A DNA stretch of 64,000 bases from Patescibacteria group bacterium (GTDB lineage Bacteria; Patescibacteriota; Patescibacteriia; 2-01-FULL-39-33): the NCBI GenBank assembly GCA_041650895.1, contig JBAZKF010000001.1, positions 81,685 to 145,684 on the forward strand. The letters are read 5' to 3'. Position 1 is the first letter of the stretch, and the number at the start of each line of letters is the position of its first letter. The position numbers and the translations under genes were made by a program. Shown here piece by piece: positions 19,165 to 29,159 of the stretch. The notes beneath the pieces are model-generated. The model had not been told where the DNA came from and did no database searches. It worked only from the letters and a program-made list of their open reading frames with translations.

Positions 19165-20790
19165 TCATTTTTTTAATCCCGCTTTAATCAAGCCGAAAAA
19201 CAAGGGATGCGGTTTAAGCGGCCGGGATTTGAATTCCGGATGAAATTGCACACCCACAAAAAACGGGTGCTGATCTTTAGGTAGTTCAATAATTTCCGTC
19301 AGTTGGCCGTCCGGACTTAAGCCAGAAAATACTAAGCCATGTTCTTCCATCTTTTGTTTGTAAGCCAAGTTAAACTCATAGCGATGCCGATGGCGTTCTG
19401 ATATTTCCGCCGTTTGATATAAATCCCTAACCAGACTCCCCTCCTGCAAAATGCAAGGATAAGCGCCTAAGCGCATAGTATTGCCATATTGCTTATTGGC
19501 CAGTTTTTCTTCTTGTTCGGGAATAATATGAATAACCGGATTCATGGTATGCGGGTTAATCTCAGTGGTATGCGCATCGGTCAGGCTGCAGACATGGCGG
19601 GCGAATTCAATAGTCGCCAGTTGCATGCCATAGCATAAACCCAAATAAGGTATTTTATTTTCCCGCGCAAATCTAATCGCCTTGATTTTTCCTTCGATGC
19701 CGCGGCTGCCAAACCCGCCCGGCACCACTAAACAGTCAAAATCCCTTAGTTCATTCAGCTTATCCGGTTCCTTTTCGTATAAATCAGAATTAATCCACTC
19801 AATCAATGGTTGGCGATTATTATGCCAGGCGGCATATTTCAAACTTTCAATGACTGAAATATAAGCGTCAGATAAAACAAAATCACCGCTTTCAAAATAT
19901 TTGCCGACAATGCCGATTCTAACTGTTTCTGTTGCGGCGTTTATTTTATCTACAAACGCTCGCCACTCCGCCAGATCCTGTTGGCGCGATTCCAGATTCA
20001 AAACCCTTAAAATCTTATTGCCCAAATCTTCTTTCTCAAAATTAATAGGAATATCATAAACGCTTTCTACATCCGGAGCAGAAATAACATTCCCCGGTTG
20101 GATATTACAAAACAAAGCCAGTTTGGCGCGGCGCGGCTCATCCACGGGATGACTGGAACGGCATAGCAGAAAATCCGGTTGAATACCCACTTCATTAATG
20201 GCACGCACCGCCATTTGCGTCGGCTTGGTTTTCATTTCACCGATTTTCGCCGGCACCGGCAAGTAGCTGACCATGACAAATGCCACATCGCCGGGATTTT
20301 GGAACTTAAGCATTCTGGCCGCCTCCAGATACAAGACATTCTGGAACTCGCCGACTGTACCGCCGATTTCAATAATACTAATCTCCGCGTCCGCTTTTTC
20401 CATGGCGCGATTAATGCGATCAATCACTTCGTAAGGGATGTGCGGCACCGCCTCTACGCATTTGCCGCCGTATTCCAAGTTGCGTTCACGATTAATGACT
20501 GACTGGTAGACGCGCCCGGAAGTCATATAATTATCGCGGCAAATGTTCTGGTCTAAGAATCTTTCATAATTGCCGATGTCCTGATCAGTTTCATCGCCGT
20601 CTTCGGTTACAAATACTTCCCCATGCTCCACCGGATTCATGGTACCGGCATCCACATTAAGGTAGGGGTCGATCTTTATGGCTGTAACCCTAAAACCTTT
20701 AGAGGCCAAAATTTTACCAATGGAAGCTGAAGCGATGCCTTTGCCGACGCCAGACATCACTCCGCCCATGACGAAAATGTACTTGGACAT
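19165..20790 (-). CDS. pyrG: CTP synthase
   Basis: MSKYIFVMGGVMSGVGKGIASASIGKIL N-terminus. C-terminal glutamine amidotransferase domain with GLCYGMQ. 541 aa. Confidence 0.95.
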   Translation of the reverse strand: MSKYIFVMGGVMSGVGKGIASASIGKILASKGFRVTAIKIDPYLNVDAGTMNPVEHGEVFVTEDGDETDQDIGNYERFLDQNICRDNYMTSGRVYQSVINRERNLEYGGKCVEAVPHIPYEVIDRINRAMEKADAEISIIEIGGTVGEFQNVLYLEAARMLKFQNPGDVAFVMVSYLPVPAKIGEMKTKPTQMAVRAINEVGIQPDFLLCRSSHPVDEPRRAKLALFCNIQPGNVISAPDVESVYDIPINFEKEDLGNKILRVLNLESRQQDLAEWRAFVDKINAATETVRIGIVGKYFESGDFVLSDAYISVIESLKYAAWHNNRQPLIEWINSDLYEKEPDKLNELRDFDCLVVPGGFGSRGIEGKIKAIRFARENKIPYLGLCYGMQLATIEFARHVCSLTDAHTTEINPHTMNPVIHIIPEQEEKLANKQYGNTMRLGAYPCILQEGSLVRDLYQTAEISERHRHRYEFNLAYKQKMEEHGLVFSGLSPDGQLTEIIELPKDQHPFFVGVQFHPEFKSRPLKPHPLFFGLIKAGLKK

Positions 20791-20811
20791 AATATTTGAT
20801 TATTATTTATT

Positions 20812-21414
20812 TTATAAATATTTTCTTACCACCTCCAACGCTTTATGGAATTTCTCTTCTAAACTCCAAGTACTGGGTATCACCTGCCAATTCGGGTGGC
20901 TCTGCCAAACTTCCTTAATCAACAGGTCGTGCTTTATCGCCTCCTCCAGCGAAGTGTAGCGATTTTCATTGTTATGCTTGCCGTATTTTTCCGGTTGCGA
21001 CAATGCGATGGTTTCCAGGTGAATGACCGAATCGTAATCCAATAATTCTTTTTCAAAATCAATGCCATACATAACTACGAATTCTTCAATTCCGCCCGGC
21101 ATATAGGCCGCCCCTGATGGCAGGCCATTATCGCACAATAGAAGTTTGGCGCCTTTGCGATCAGCCATCAGCGAATAAGTGTTTTCCAAGGACTTCTGTA
21201 AATACAAAACGCTTTTCTGAAAAGAGTGTTGCCACCCATTGCACCAATCCAAGTGTTTGCCGGGCATGGGAAAACCGCCGGCCAAAAGCAAGGTCGCCGC
21301 TTCCGGTACGGTAATAATAATATCGCCAAACTCTTCTTTCAAAAGATTGATGATGGAAGTCTTGCCGGCACACGGCCCGCCGGTAATAACCACCTTTTTG
21401 ATATCTTGGCTCAT
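20812..21414 (-). CDS. P-loop NTPase/kinase (AAA_28 / NadR-like kinase domain)
   Basis: Walker A in VVITGGPCAGKTSIINLL. The likely start is MSQDIKK at 21414. The track ORF extends 19 codons further upstream without support. Confidence 0.5.
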   Translation of the reverse strand: MSQDIKKVVITGGPCAGKTSIINLLKEEFGDIIITVPEAATLLLAGGFPMPGKHLDWCNGWQHSFQKSVLYLQKSLENTYSLMADRKGAKLLLCDNGLPSGAAYMPGGIEEFVVMYGIDFEKELLDYDSVIHLETIALSQPEKYGKHNNENRYTSLEEAIKHDLLIKEVWQSHPNWQVIPSTWSLEEKFHKALEVVRKYL

Positions 21415-21509
21415 AATTTGGACGGATAAAATAAATAAATAGCAATAGCAATAAAATAAAAATAGAGGCAACGAGTCCTCTATTCAATAATGAAAAATAA
21501 AAAATCCCC

Positions 21510-21947
21510 TCATACGCGAACTAAGATTATTATTTCGGACATTAAACCATGGCCAAAGTCAACCTGAGCCTTAAAATCCCCGACTTCCTTCAAATGGCCG
21601 GGAAAAATCACTTTGCTCCCGCCGATATCAAAGCCTGATTTCTTCAGCGCGGCTTTGACTTCCTGTTCGGTTACAGCCGCATACAGCTTGCCGTTTTCAT
21701 TGGCTTTGCCTGTGATTTGTATTTTGCGGCCGCGAATCTTTTCCGCTATTGCTTTGTATCGATTGACGGCGCTTTCCTGCGTCTTGATTTTTTTGTCTGC
21801 TTCCTGTTTAATCTTAATCAAATTTTCCGCCGTAGCCGCTAAAGCCAATCCTTGCGGAATTAAAAAATTCTGCGCATAGCCTTCGGCCACGTCTTTGACA
21901 TCGCCCCGTTTATAAACTTTGGAATTTTTTAAGTAAATAACTTTCAT
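21510..21947 (-). CDS. rplI: 50S ribosomal protein L9
   Basis: [35 protein letters not shown] is a canonical L9 N-domain. Confidence 0.9.
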   Translation of the reverse strand: MKVIYLKNSKVYKRGDVKDVAEGYAQNFLIPQGLALAATAENLIKIKQEADKKIKTQESAVNRYKAIAEKIRGRKIQITGKANENGKLYAAVTEQEVKAALKKSGFDIGGSKVIFPGHLKEVGDFKAQVDFGHGLMSEIIILVRV

Positions 21948-21951
21948 ATCG

Positions 21952-23301
21952 TTATTTCAATAATTCTACCGCCTTATCCAACTGCGGATCGCGATCATAA
22001 TTAAAATCGTCTTCGGTTAAGTCCACTTTAACGTCCGGCTCGATTCCTTGTTCATCAATTGACGTACCACTAGGAGTAAACCACTTGGCAATGGTTAATT
22101 TGATCTGGCTGCCGTCGGGCAAATCAGTTAAATCCTGCACTGAGCCTTTGCCGAAGGTTTTCATGCCGACCAGCGTGGCTTTGCCCCAGTCCTTTAGGGC
22201 GCCGGAAACTATTTCTGAAGCTGAAGCGCTGCCGCCGTCAACCAAGACTACGGTTTTGTAATTAGCTAAGCGCGGTTGGGTATAGGCGCGATGATCCGTC
22301 TTGGCGCCATCACGATTCCTCTCCGACACCACGACTCCCTCGCCGTTCCATTCGCCGGCTATTTCTACGGCTGACTCCAGATAGCCACCAGGATTGTTGC
22401 GCAAGTCCAAAATGATTCCTTTAACTCCCGACTTGGCTAATATATTGGAGATGGCGCTATCAAAAAGCGGCATCGTATCGCCATTAAACTGTCGAACTTT
22501 AAGGTGGGCGATCGTGCCCCCGGCTAAATATTCCAAAGCCAGGCTTTTGACCACAATGGGCGCTCGGGTGATTTCAATCACCTGCGATTCTGTCCAGCCC
22601 TCGCGATAAATCGTCAAATTAACCTTAGTTCCGGCTTTACCGCGAATCAAATTAACGGCTTGCTGGGAACTCATATCTTCGGTGGAGGTGCCATTGATCT
22701 TTAAAATCCAATCTTTCGGTTTTAACCCGGCTCTCATGGCCGGTGAGTCATCTAAAGGCGAAACAATAATAAGCTGACTGTTTTTGACGGCGATTTCCGC
22801 GCCAATGCCTTCGAAGGTGCCATTAAGATCTTCCTGAAATTGCTGAGCGTCAGAAGGGGTAAGGAAAACTGAATAAGGATCGCCTAAAGCCGCCACCATA
22901 CCCTGCAAAGAACCATAAAACAACTTGGTATCAGGTATGTCCCGGGCGTAATATTTATCATGGATAATACCCAAGGTGTCCCAATACAACTGAAAATTAA
23001 CGTCCTTCTTGAGATAAGCGGGCAAGACTGATATAGCGGCGTCATCAACAGTAGAGCTTGCCGACTCGGCCGCCCTCGCTTCGCTAGTTGCTATTATTTG
23101 ATTATCCGATCCTTTAATGATCTTAACATCGGATATTATATTGCCCCGTCCGCCAACCGCCGCGCCGATAATAAAACTAATAAGCACCAAAACGACGGTT
23201 ATCCACAAGGCCAAAGGTTGACGCAAAAAAGACCAGTGCGAAGGATTGTCTGCTATTGTTGGATTATTATTGGGCATGGAGTCCATAAATCTTTTAGTCA
23301 T
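21952..23301 (-). CDS. ctpA: carboxyl-terminal processing protease (S41 family)
   Basis: PDZ domain plus S41 catalytic region with [18 protein letters not shown]-terminal membrane anchor. Confidence 0.9.
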   Translation of the reverse strand: MTKRFMDSMPNNNPTIADNPSHWSFLRQPLALWITVVLVLISFIIGAAVGGRGNIISDVKIIKGSDNQIIATSEARAAESASSTVDDAAISVLPAYLKKDVNFQLYWDTLGIIHDKYYARDIPDTKLFYGSLQGMVAALGDPYSVFLTPSDAQQFQEDLNGTFEGIGAEIAVKNSQLIIVSPLDDSPAMRAGLKPKDWILKINGTSTEDMSSQQAVNLIRGKAGTKVNLTIYREGWTESQVIEITRAPIVVKSLALEYLAGGTIAHLKVRQFNGDTMPLFDSAISNILAKSGVKGIILDLRNNPGGYLESAVEIAGEWNGEGVVVSERNRDGAKTDHRAYTQPRLANYKTVVLVDGGSASASEIVSGALKDWGKATLVGMKTFGKGSVQDLTDLPDGSQIKLTIAKWFTPSGTSIDEQGIEPDVKVDLTEDDFNYDRDPQLDKAVELLK

Positions 23302-23512
23302 TACTCAAATAAAGCTGTTTGATCCTGCGAGCGGTAAAAACGAAACAACTTTTGACATCATTATAGCATAAATCGCCGGCATGGCAAAACCGTCCTCTAA
23401 CCGCTATCTGTCAGCTAATAAAATAAAAACCTCGGATTAAAATCCGAGGGTGTAAAAGTACGTGTTTTAAGCGGCAACAATTGGCAATTAGATGCTGAAG
23501 TTGCTAATAAGG

Positions 23513-24565
23513 CTAATTCAGAATTAAATTGGTAATCAACGCCTGGGCCGTCGCTATCCGTTGCATCTTATTGATGGAAGAGTGGAAAAAACCGAACGCA
23601 AAAGGCAATTGGACTCCGCCTTCCCATAATCCCCATTTGGAAACTTTGGCTCCGCCAGATCCGAAACGGGAACGTATGAACTCATCAAGGGGCGTGCCGA
23701 AATCGGTGCCGCGTGCCGAAATCACAATTTGATTGTCATCAACCGTGGCCCAAACTACAGCCAAAGAAAACCCCTTGATCCGAATAAAAAAATCCGCTAC
23801 GCGAGCAATGACCGTGGCTTCTTTTGAAGTTACCTCTCCGGCATAAGCCACCACCTTCATGCCTTGAACAGACATGGAGTTCAAAGCGCATTTAAGCGCT
23901 TCCATGTAGATTTGGGAAATCTGATAGTTAATGAAAAATTGCAGATCCGCTTCTTTGGCCAGACCGGCGACTTCGGCAAACGCTTCGCGATCCTTGCCAC
24001 CGGCACTGATTAGTCCCTTGGTATCCATATAAATACCCAAAGAAAGCAGTAGGGGCAAATCTTTAAAATCGCCGTTGAACTTAGCGGTGTTCAACAAGTC
24101 CAAACCCGCGATGAGCTCGCACATCATGGTGGCGCAGGCGCCAAAATCTTCCAGCCAAATAAAATTCTCGTCGGTTTCCCGGAGTCTGTCATTTCGATGA
24201 TGATCAATGACTATCGTAAGTTGCAATTTATCCTTAGCGTGTTTGAGCCGACTGTCGGAGGGCGAGTTGGCATCAACCATAACATAACTGTTGCTATCCG
24301 GAAAATCATTCCAACTGCCAATCGGTTGCATCCGCCGTTCTAAAGACAATTTATTGATGATGGCCTCATTCTGTTCATCGGCGGATTCGTCGCAGTAAAG
24401 GACTGTAATCTGCTCAATACCGAATGACTTGGCAATAAATCTCATAGCTTCAGCGGAGGCCATGGAGTCGGGATCCAAGTGAGTCAGAATTACAACCAGC
24501 GGTTTGCTGTTATCTTTTATTTGCCCTAAAATACGCTTAAATTTTTCCAAACGATCATTTTCCAT
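23513..24565 (-). CDS. DHH/DHHA1 phosphoesterase (NrnA-like)
   Basis: DHH motifs VILTHLDPDSMASAEAM and VIDHHRND. 350 aa. Terminator at about 23418-23450. Confidence 0.75.
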   Translation of the reverse strand: MENDRLEKFKRILGQIKDNSKPLVVILTHLDPDSMASAEAMRFIAKSFGIEQITVLYCDESADEQNEAIINKLSLERRMQPIGSWNDFPDSNSYVMVDANSPSDSRLKHAKDKLQLTIVIDHHRNDRLRETDENFIWLEDFGACATMMCELIAGLDLLNTAKFNGDFKDLPLLLSLGIYMDTKGLISAGGKDREAFAEVAGLAKEADLQFFINYQISQIYMEALKCALNSMSVQGMKVVAYAGEVTSKEATVIARVADFFIRIKGFSLAVVWATVDDNQIVISARGTDFGTPLDEFIRSRFGSGGAKVSKWGLWEGGVQLPFAFGFFHSSINKMQRIATAQALITNLILN

Positions 24566-24739
24566 CGTAATTCTCCCTGCTGATTCTGTCGGATCAGCTT
24601 GTTATTTATGCATTTCTTGGTTTTAACGTGCTTCTCAACAGTTTATTCTACCTGATTTTTATCTTATTGTCAAGGGCCAGCTGAGGATAAAAAACATCCG
24701 AGTTTATCGGATGTTAATCATGATTTATAATAATTATTT

Positions 24740-25864
24740 TTATAAGTTGCCTTTTTTAATTTGTCGCCGAATATCCCCCATCAATTGCAAATAAAAATCA
24801 AGATTATTAAGGGTGGCCAAACGCATAGCTAAAGGTTCGCCGGTTTTGAACAGATGATGCAGATAAGCTTTGCTGTATTGTTTGAGGTTGGTTTGATTGA
24901 TGGGAGAGAAATCGTGTTTGAATTTAGCGTTGGTAATGTTGATGGCTTGATAATCAAATTGTGAATTGACTTTCGACTTTATAGACTTGCGACATTCGAC
25001 TTGCACATACAGTCTTCCATGACGGGCTTCGCGGGTCGGGATGACGCAATCAAACATATCCACGCCTCGTTTGACCGCTTCAATAATATTTTCCGGCGTG
25101 CCCACGCCCATCAAATATCTCGGTTTATCCGCTGGCATCTGCGGCGCCAGATAATCCAACACCTCGTACATTTCTTTGTTGGTCTCGCCTACAGCCAATC
25201 CGCCGACCGCATAACCGTCAAAATCCAGTTTAACTAAATCGGCGAGGGATTGTTCTCGTAAATCGCGATAGACTCCGCCTTGAATGATAGCAAAATACAA
25301 TTGCTTGTTTTGATCTTTGGCTTTGGACTTTCGGCTTTTAATCACTTTTGCCGCCTCCTTTGCCCATTTGGTTGTAACTTCAACCGCTTCTTTGACTTCT
25401 TGATGTTTGGCGGTTGAAGGCGGACAGACGTCCAAAATCATGGCGATGTCCGAACCGATAGTTTTCTGAATATCCAAGACCGATTTAGGCGTCAAGATGT
25501 GCTTACTACCATCCAAGTGCGATCTGAACTCCACACCATGAGGCAGGATTTTCCTGATTTTGGATAGCGAAAACACCTGAAAACCGCCGGAGTCGGTCAG
25601 GATGGCTCCGCGCCAATCCATAAACTTATGCAAACCGCCGGCGGCAGACAGCACTTCCCTGCCCGGCGTCAAATACAAATGATAGGTGTTGGATAATAAT
25701 ATCGGCGAACCAAGATCTTTAACATCATCGGCAGATAGATTTTTGACTGCGCCCTTAGTGGCAATCGGCATAAAAAACGGCGTCTTAATGATGCCGTGAG
25801 CGGTTTTTAATTTTCCTAACCGCGCTTGAGATTCATTGGATTTTTTAAGCAGTTTAAAACTCAT
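24740..25864 (-). CDS. tgt: queuine tRNA-ribosyltransferase
   Basis: MSFKLLKKSNESQARLGKLKTAHGIIKTPFFMPIATKGAVK is a canonical Tgt N-terminus, with the zinc subdomain further downstream. Confidence 0.93.
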   Translation of the reverse strand: MSFKLLKKSNESQARLGKLKTAHGIIKTPFFMPIATKGAVKNLSADDVKDLGSPILLSNTYHLYLTPGREVLSAAGGLHKFMDWRGAILTDSGGFQVFSLSKIRKILPHGVEFRSHLDGSKHILTPKSVLDIQKTIGSDIAMILDVCPPSTAKHQEVKEAVEVTTKWAKEAAKVIKSRKSKAKDQNKQLYFAIIQGGVYRDLREQSLADLVKLDFDGYAVGGLAVGETNKEMYEVLDYLAPQMPADKPRYLMGVGTPENIIEAVKRGVDMFDCVIPTREARHGRLYVQVECRKSIKSKVNSQFDYQAINITNAKFKHDFSPINQTNLKQYSKAYLHHLFKTGEPLAMRLATLNNLDFYLQLMGDIRRQIKKGNL

Positions 25865-25968
25865 CTTGACAAAATTTTATCTGTTTGTTATAATGATAAG
25901 TCATGAATAAAGCACTTTAAAAATATAGTTCAATAAACCAACAAACAACAATTCTGGAGGGACAACTC

Positions 25969-26928
25969 ATGAATCATCAGAACAATTTGTCAGAAGCACG
26001 TAAAGAATGCCAGAAGGTCTTGATAGCGATTCTGCTTGGCTCTGCCATCGGCGGAGTTATCACCCTAAAATATTTGCCTGGACTATGGTGGATATTGGGC
26101 GCCTTCATCGGCGGATTTATCGCGGTGATCTCGTATCAGCCATCAACTGTCTGGAAAGCACTGCTTTTTATCGGCAAATCACTGGTTTATATCTGCCGCT
26201 TAGTGAAGGCGGGTTGGCAATATATTATTGTATTCCTGATTATAACGATAATTTTTGAAGTCGGTATGGTGGCAGGCATGGGGTTTATGCACTGTGGCTT
26301 ATTCATTTGCCAGCACAACAACCTTCATTATTGGGATAATGGGACACGTTTACCCATTACCAATACCTATGAAGGCAATACTGATGATATCGTCTTTGGA
26401 GGCCTTTGTATTTTTCTAATAACCATGATTGTGTTCATGAGCTTGTTATCACCACTAATTAACAGATTAATCGACTGGTATAGGAGAAAAATTAACCAAC
26501 CGAAAGATGATGACGTTGATCACTGGTTTATTGTATTCCTCCACCTATCGCTAATCTTCAACCTGATCGGCCTTACCCTTTTCGGACTGTTCAATCCCTG
26601 GACGGCGGAAGCAACCTGGGGTTATATCGCGCCTTACTGCCTGATTGGCTTAGTTTTATTAGGAATGATGATAATCGTAATATTATGGCTTCTGTTCGTC
26701 TGGCTGGTAATAAAGTGCGTCTACTGGCTTTGGATCGTAGGCCGGTGGCTAATCAGGCTGATATTCAATGACGGCCGATTGACCTGCTTTGTTTGCGCCT
26801 TTTTCGGTGTAGCCGGCAGTGTCGGGTTTGACGTCGGAATTGTCGGTATCGCAACCTCGGCTTTAATCTCTGCTATTTTCGGATCTATAGCAAGAGCTTT
26901 CGTTCTTCATGGCCCTGTACAAAAATAA
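25969..26928 (+). CDS. polytopic membrane protein, hypothetical
   Basis: Shine-Dalgarno GGAGGG upstream. 319 aa with many hydrophobic helices. Confidence 0.5.
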   Translation: MNHQNNLSEARKECQKVLIAILLGSAIGGVITLKYLPGLWWILGAFIGGFIAVISYQPSTVWKALLFIGKSLVYICRLVKAGWQYIIVFLIITIIFEVGMVAGMGFMHCGLFICQHNNLHYWDNGTRLPITNTYEGNTDDIVFGGLCIFLITMIVFMSLLSPLINRLIDWYRRKINQPKDDDVDHWFIVFLHLSLIFNLIGLTLFGLFNPWTAEATWGYIAPYCLIGLVLLGMMIIVILWLLFVWLVIKCVYWLWIVGRWLIRLIFNDGRLTCFVCAFFGVAGSVGFDVGIVGIATSALISAIFGSIARAFVLHGPVQK

Positions 26929-27004
26929 CGTGCAGACATGAACCGCACTTTATCCGCCCTGGCGCTTTTGCGCCGGGGCGATTTTATTTGCCGGTACCGC
27001 CGCG

Positions 27005-29023
27005 CTATTCCACTATACCTGACAAATTACCAATAATCGGATCGGAAAAAGCCGTGGTAACCGCCCTGATCGTCTTGGAAATATCCGAACCTGTTTCCAA
27101 GTCCTTGGCCGTCAATTTAAACTCCGGAATCAGAATCAACACTCGACCGATATCGTCAGTCGTCGGCTTAATGGACACGTTAAAATCAATAGCGGCATCT
27201 TTGACTGATTTGGGAAGTTTGGAAATCCGCCAAGACAGCCTTTTAGTTTTGGAATTATACAAAAAATCTCCGGTATTGTGGTTTTCCTTGTCATCCCAAT
27301 TGACAAATTTTGGCAAAATAGCGCTAACTTCAATATTACCGATGTCATGCAGATTATTAGTCAAAGACAGACGAATATTATAAGAAGAAGTTTCATCGGC
27401 TTGGGGTGTAATCGGTCCAGAACCTAGGGGTAAATTATCTTCATTATAATAACGCGCCCCGGCAATCAAACTTAAGTCGGAATTAATGGAATTAGTGATG
27501 GTTTTTGAATTAATAGTATTAACGCCATCCGTATTTTTAACTTTGGCTTGAGCCGAGCTTTCTACGCTGAATTTAGACACATCCAGCGAGCTGATGGCCG
27601 CCAAATCCTTAACCCTTAACTGAAAAGACACCGCGCCTTCTTCGCTGGGACGCAAATTCAACAAACTGGGTAACTCTTTACCGGTCCAAACAATCACATC
27701 CTCGCCGACTTTACCCAGATGATCACTGCTTAAGGTCGCCCAGTCCAAAATCTGAGAATCTAATTTAACTGTTAACTCCACATTCTTTATGTCTTCGGTA
27801 CCGGTATTCTTAAAATTAATCGTATACACCAACAAATCGCCGAAAGACACCGGTTGATCCTCGCCTGAACCATTGACCACCACGCTCAAGCTTAATTGAT
27901 CCCTAACCACAGCGGTAATGGCCGATTGCTCGCTTTGCAGGATATACTCGCTTTGATTTTTCAAATTGACTTTAACTTTGAATTCCTGATTGCCTGAATC
28001 AATAATACCCGAGTAATTGCCGCCAATGGTTATTTTTTTGTCGCTGGTGGTGGCGATATCGGTGGAAGTTGCCAGATTGGCTATAGCCCAGACATTGTTG
28101 GTGCCATCTTTAGCGGCAGGCGTAGTGGAAGACAAAACAAATCCCGGCGGATATTCAGCCACTACCTCCAAATCAGTCAAGACCTCGGTGCCGACATTGC
28201 GCAAGTCAACAGTGTAAAAAATATTCTGATTGGCCAGGGTTTTATCGGGTCCGGATACGGTCAAAATAATCGTGGAAGCGTTAACGCCCATATCCAAGTT
28301 GAATTTCTGGCTGAACTCAGCGTTTAAATTGGCCGGCTTGAAAGTCATGGCGCCACTAATGTTTTGCACAGAATTCAAAGGAGCGATAATTATTCCGCGC
28401 AATTCTATTTTTTGCGTTTCGCCAATTTTTAAAACCGAAATATTCCAAGTATTCTTCTTGTCGCCGGTTGCCAATGGTGAAGAAGAAACGAGCTGAAAGG
28501 TGTCGGGATATTTTAATTCTATATCTAAATCATAAAGATTGACTCGCTCGCGATTAGTAATAATAACGGTATAAATGCCCTCCTGGCCGGAAACAATGGA
28601 AATAGGCGGTTCTAATTTGAAAGTCACGCGTTCGTTGGTAAAAGTATCACTGTTAAGATTAGCAAAAATCAGGTAAATGATAGCCGCACCGACCAACAAC
28701 ACTGCCAAAACCGCGATCAAAGTATAAACTATGGTTTGCCACAAAGGCCGTTCATTAAGCTCCAATCTGGTCAAATCCGGTATGACTCCGTCATCATCAG
28801 TATAAACCTCAGCTAAATCGCGGGAAATTTCTTTTTGCCTGCCGGCACTGCCGTGCTTTAATTGAAACAAACTGCGTTTAGCGGGTTTAGCCGCCGGCCG
28901 ATTATTTTTTTCCATCACTTCAACAATATCATCCTGCATGATGCCGACGTTATTTTTCATTTCCGGCGATTCTTGATCATTGGCTTGATCGCTAATCTTG
29001 CTTTTTAAATTTTGTTCTGACAT
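27005..29023 (-). CDS. membrane-anchored surface protein with DUF11-like repeat domains
   Basis: Cytoplasmic N-terminus, one transmembrane helix (LWQTIVYTLIAVLAVLLVGAAIIYLIF), then repeated beta-rich modules with N.GTE..N..L motifs. 672 aa. Confidence 0.5.
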   Translation of the reverse strand: MSEQNLKSKISDQANDQESPEMKNNVGIMQDDIVEVMEKNNRPAAKPAKRSLFQLKHGSAGRQKEISRDLAEVYTDDDGVIPDLTRLELNERPLWQTIVYTLIAVLAVLLVGAAIIYLIFANLNSDTFTNERVTFKLEPPISIVSGQEGIYTVIITNRERVNLYDLDIELKYPDTFQLVSSSPLATGDKKNTWNISVLKIGETQKIELRGIIIAPLNSVQNISGAMTFKPANLNAEFSQKFNLDMGVNASTIILTVSGPDKTLANQNIFYTVDLRNVGTEVLTDLEVVAEYPPGFVLSSTTPAAKDGTNNVWAIANLATSTDIATTSDKKITIGGNYSGIIDSGNQEFKVKVNLKNQSEYILQSEQSAITAVVRDQLSLSVVVNGSGEDQPVSFGDLLVYTINFKNTGTEDIKNVELTVKLDSQILDWATLSSDHLGKVGEDVIVWTGKELPSLLNLRPSEEGAVSFQLRVKDLAAISSLDVSKFSVESSAQAKVKNTDGVNTINSKTITNSINSDLSLIAGARYYNEDNLPLGSGPITPQADETSSYNIRLSLTNNLHDIGNIEVSAILPKFVNWDDKENHNTGDFLYNSKTKRLSWRISKLPKSVKDAAIDFNVSIKPTTDDIGRVLILIPEFKLTAKDLETGSDISKTIRAVTTAFSDPIIGNLSGIVE

Positions 29024-29159
29024 AAAATAATAAGTGTTCCATAATTTTCAATAATCAATTCGCAAACAATTTCCTTATGATAAAATCATAAAAATTAAAT
29101 GATTCGGTCATTGTTTGGAAATTGCAAATTAAAAATTATGTGTTATAAGTTATTTAAAA

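Noticed and set aside
26988-27383. 131-aa plus-strand ORF.
   Set aside because: It is antisense within the 672-aa surface-protein gene.
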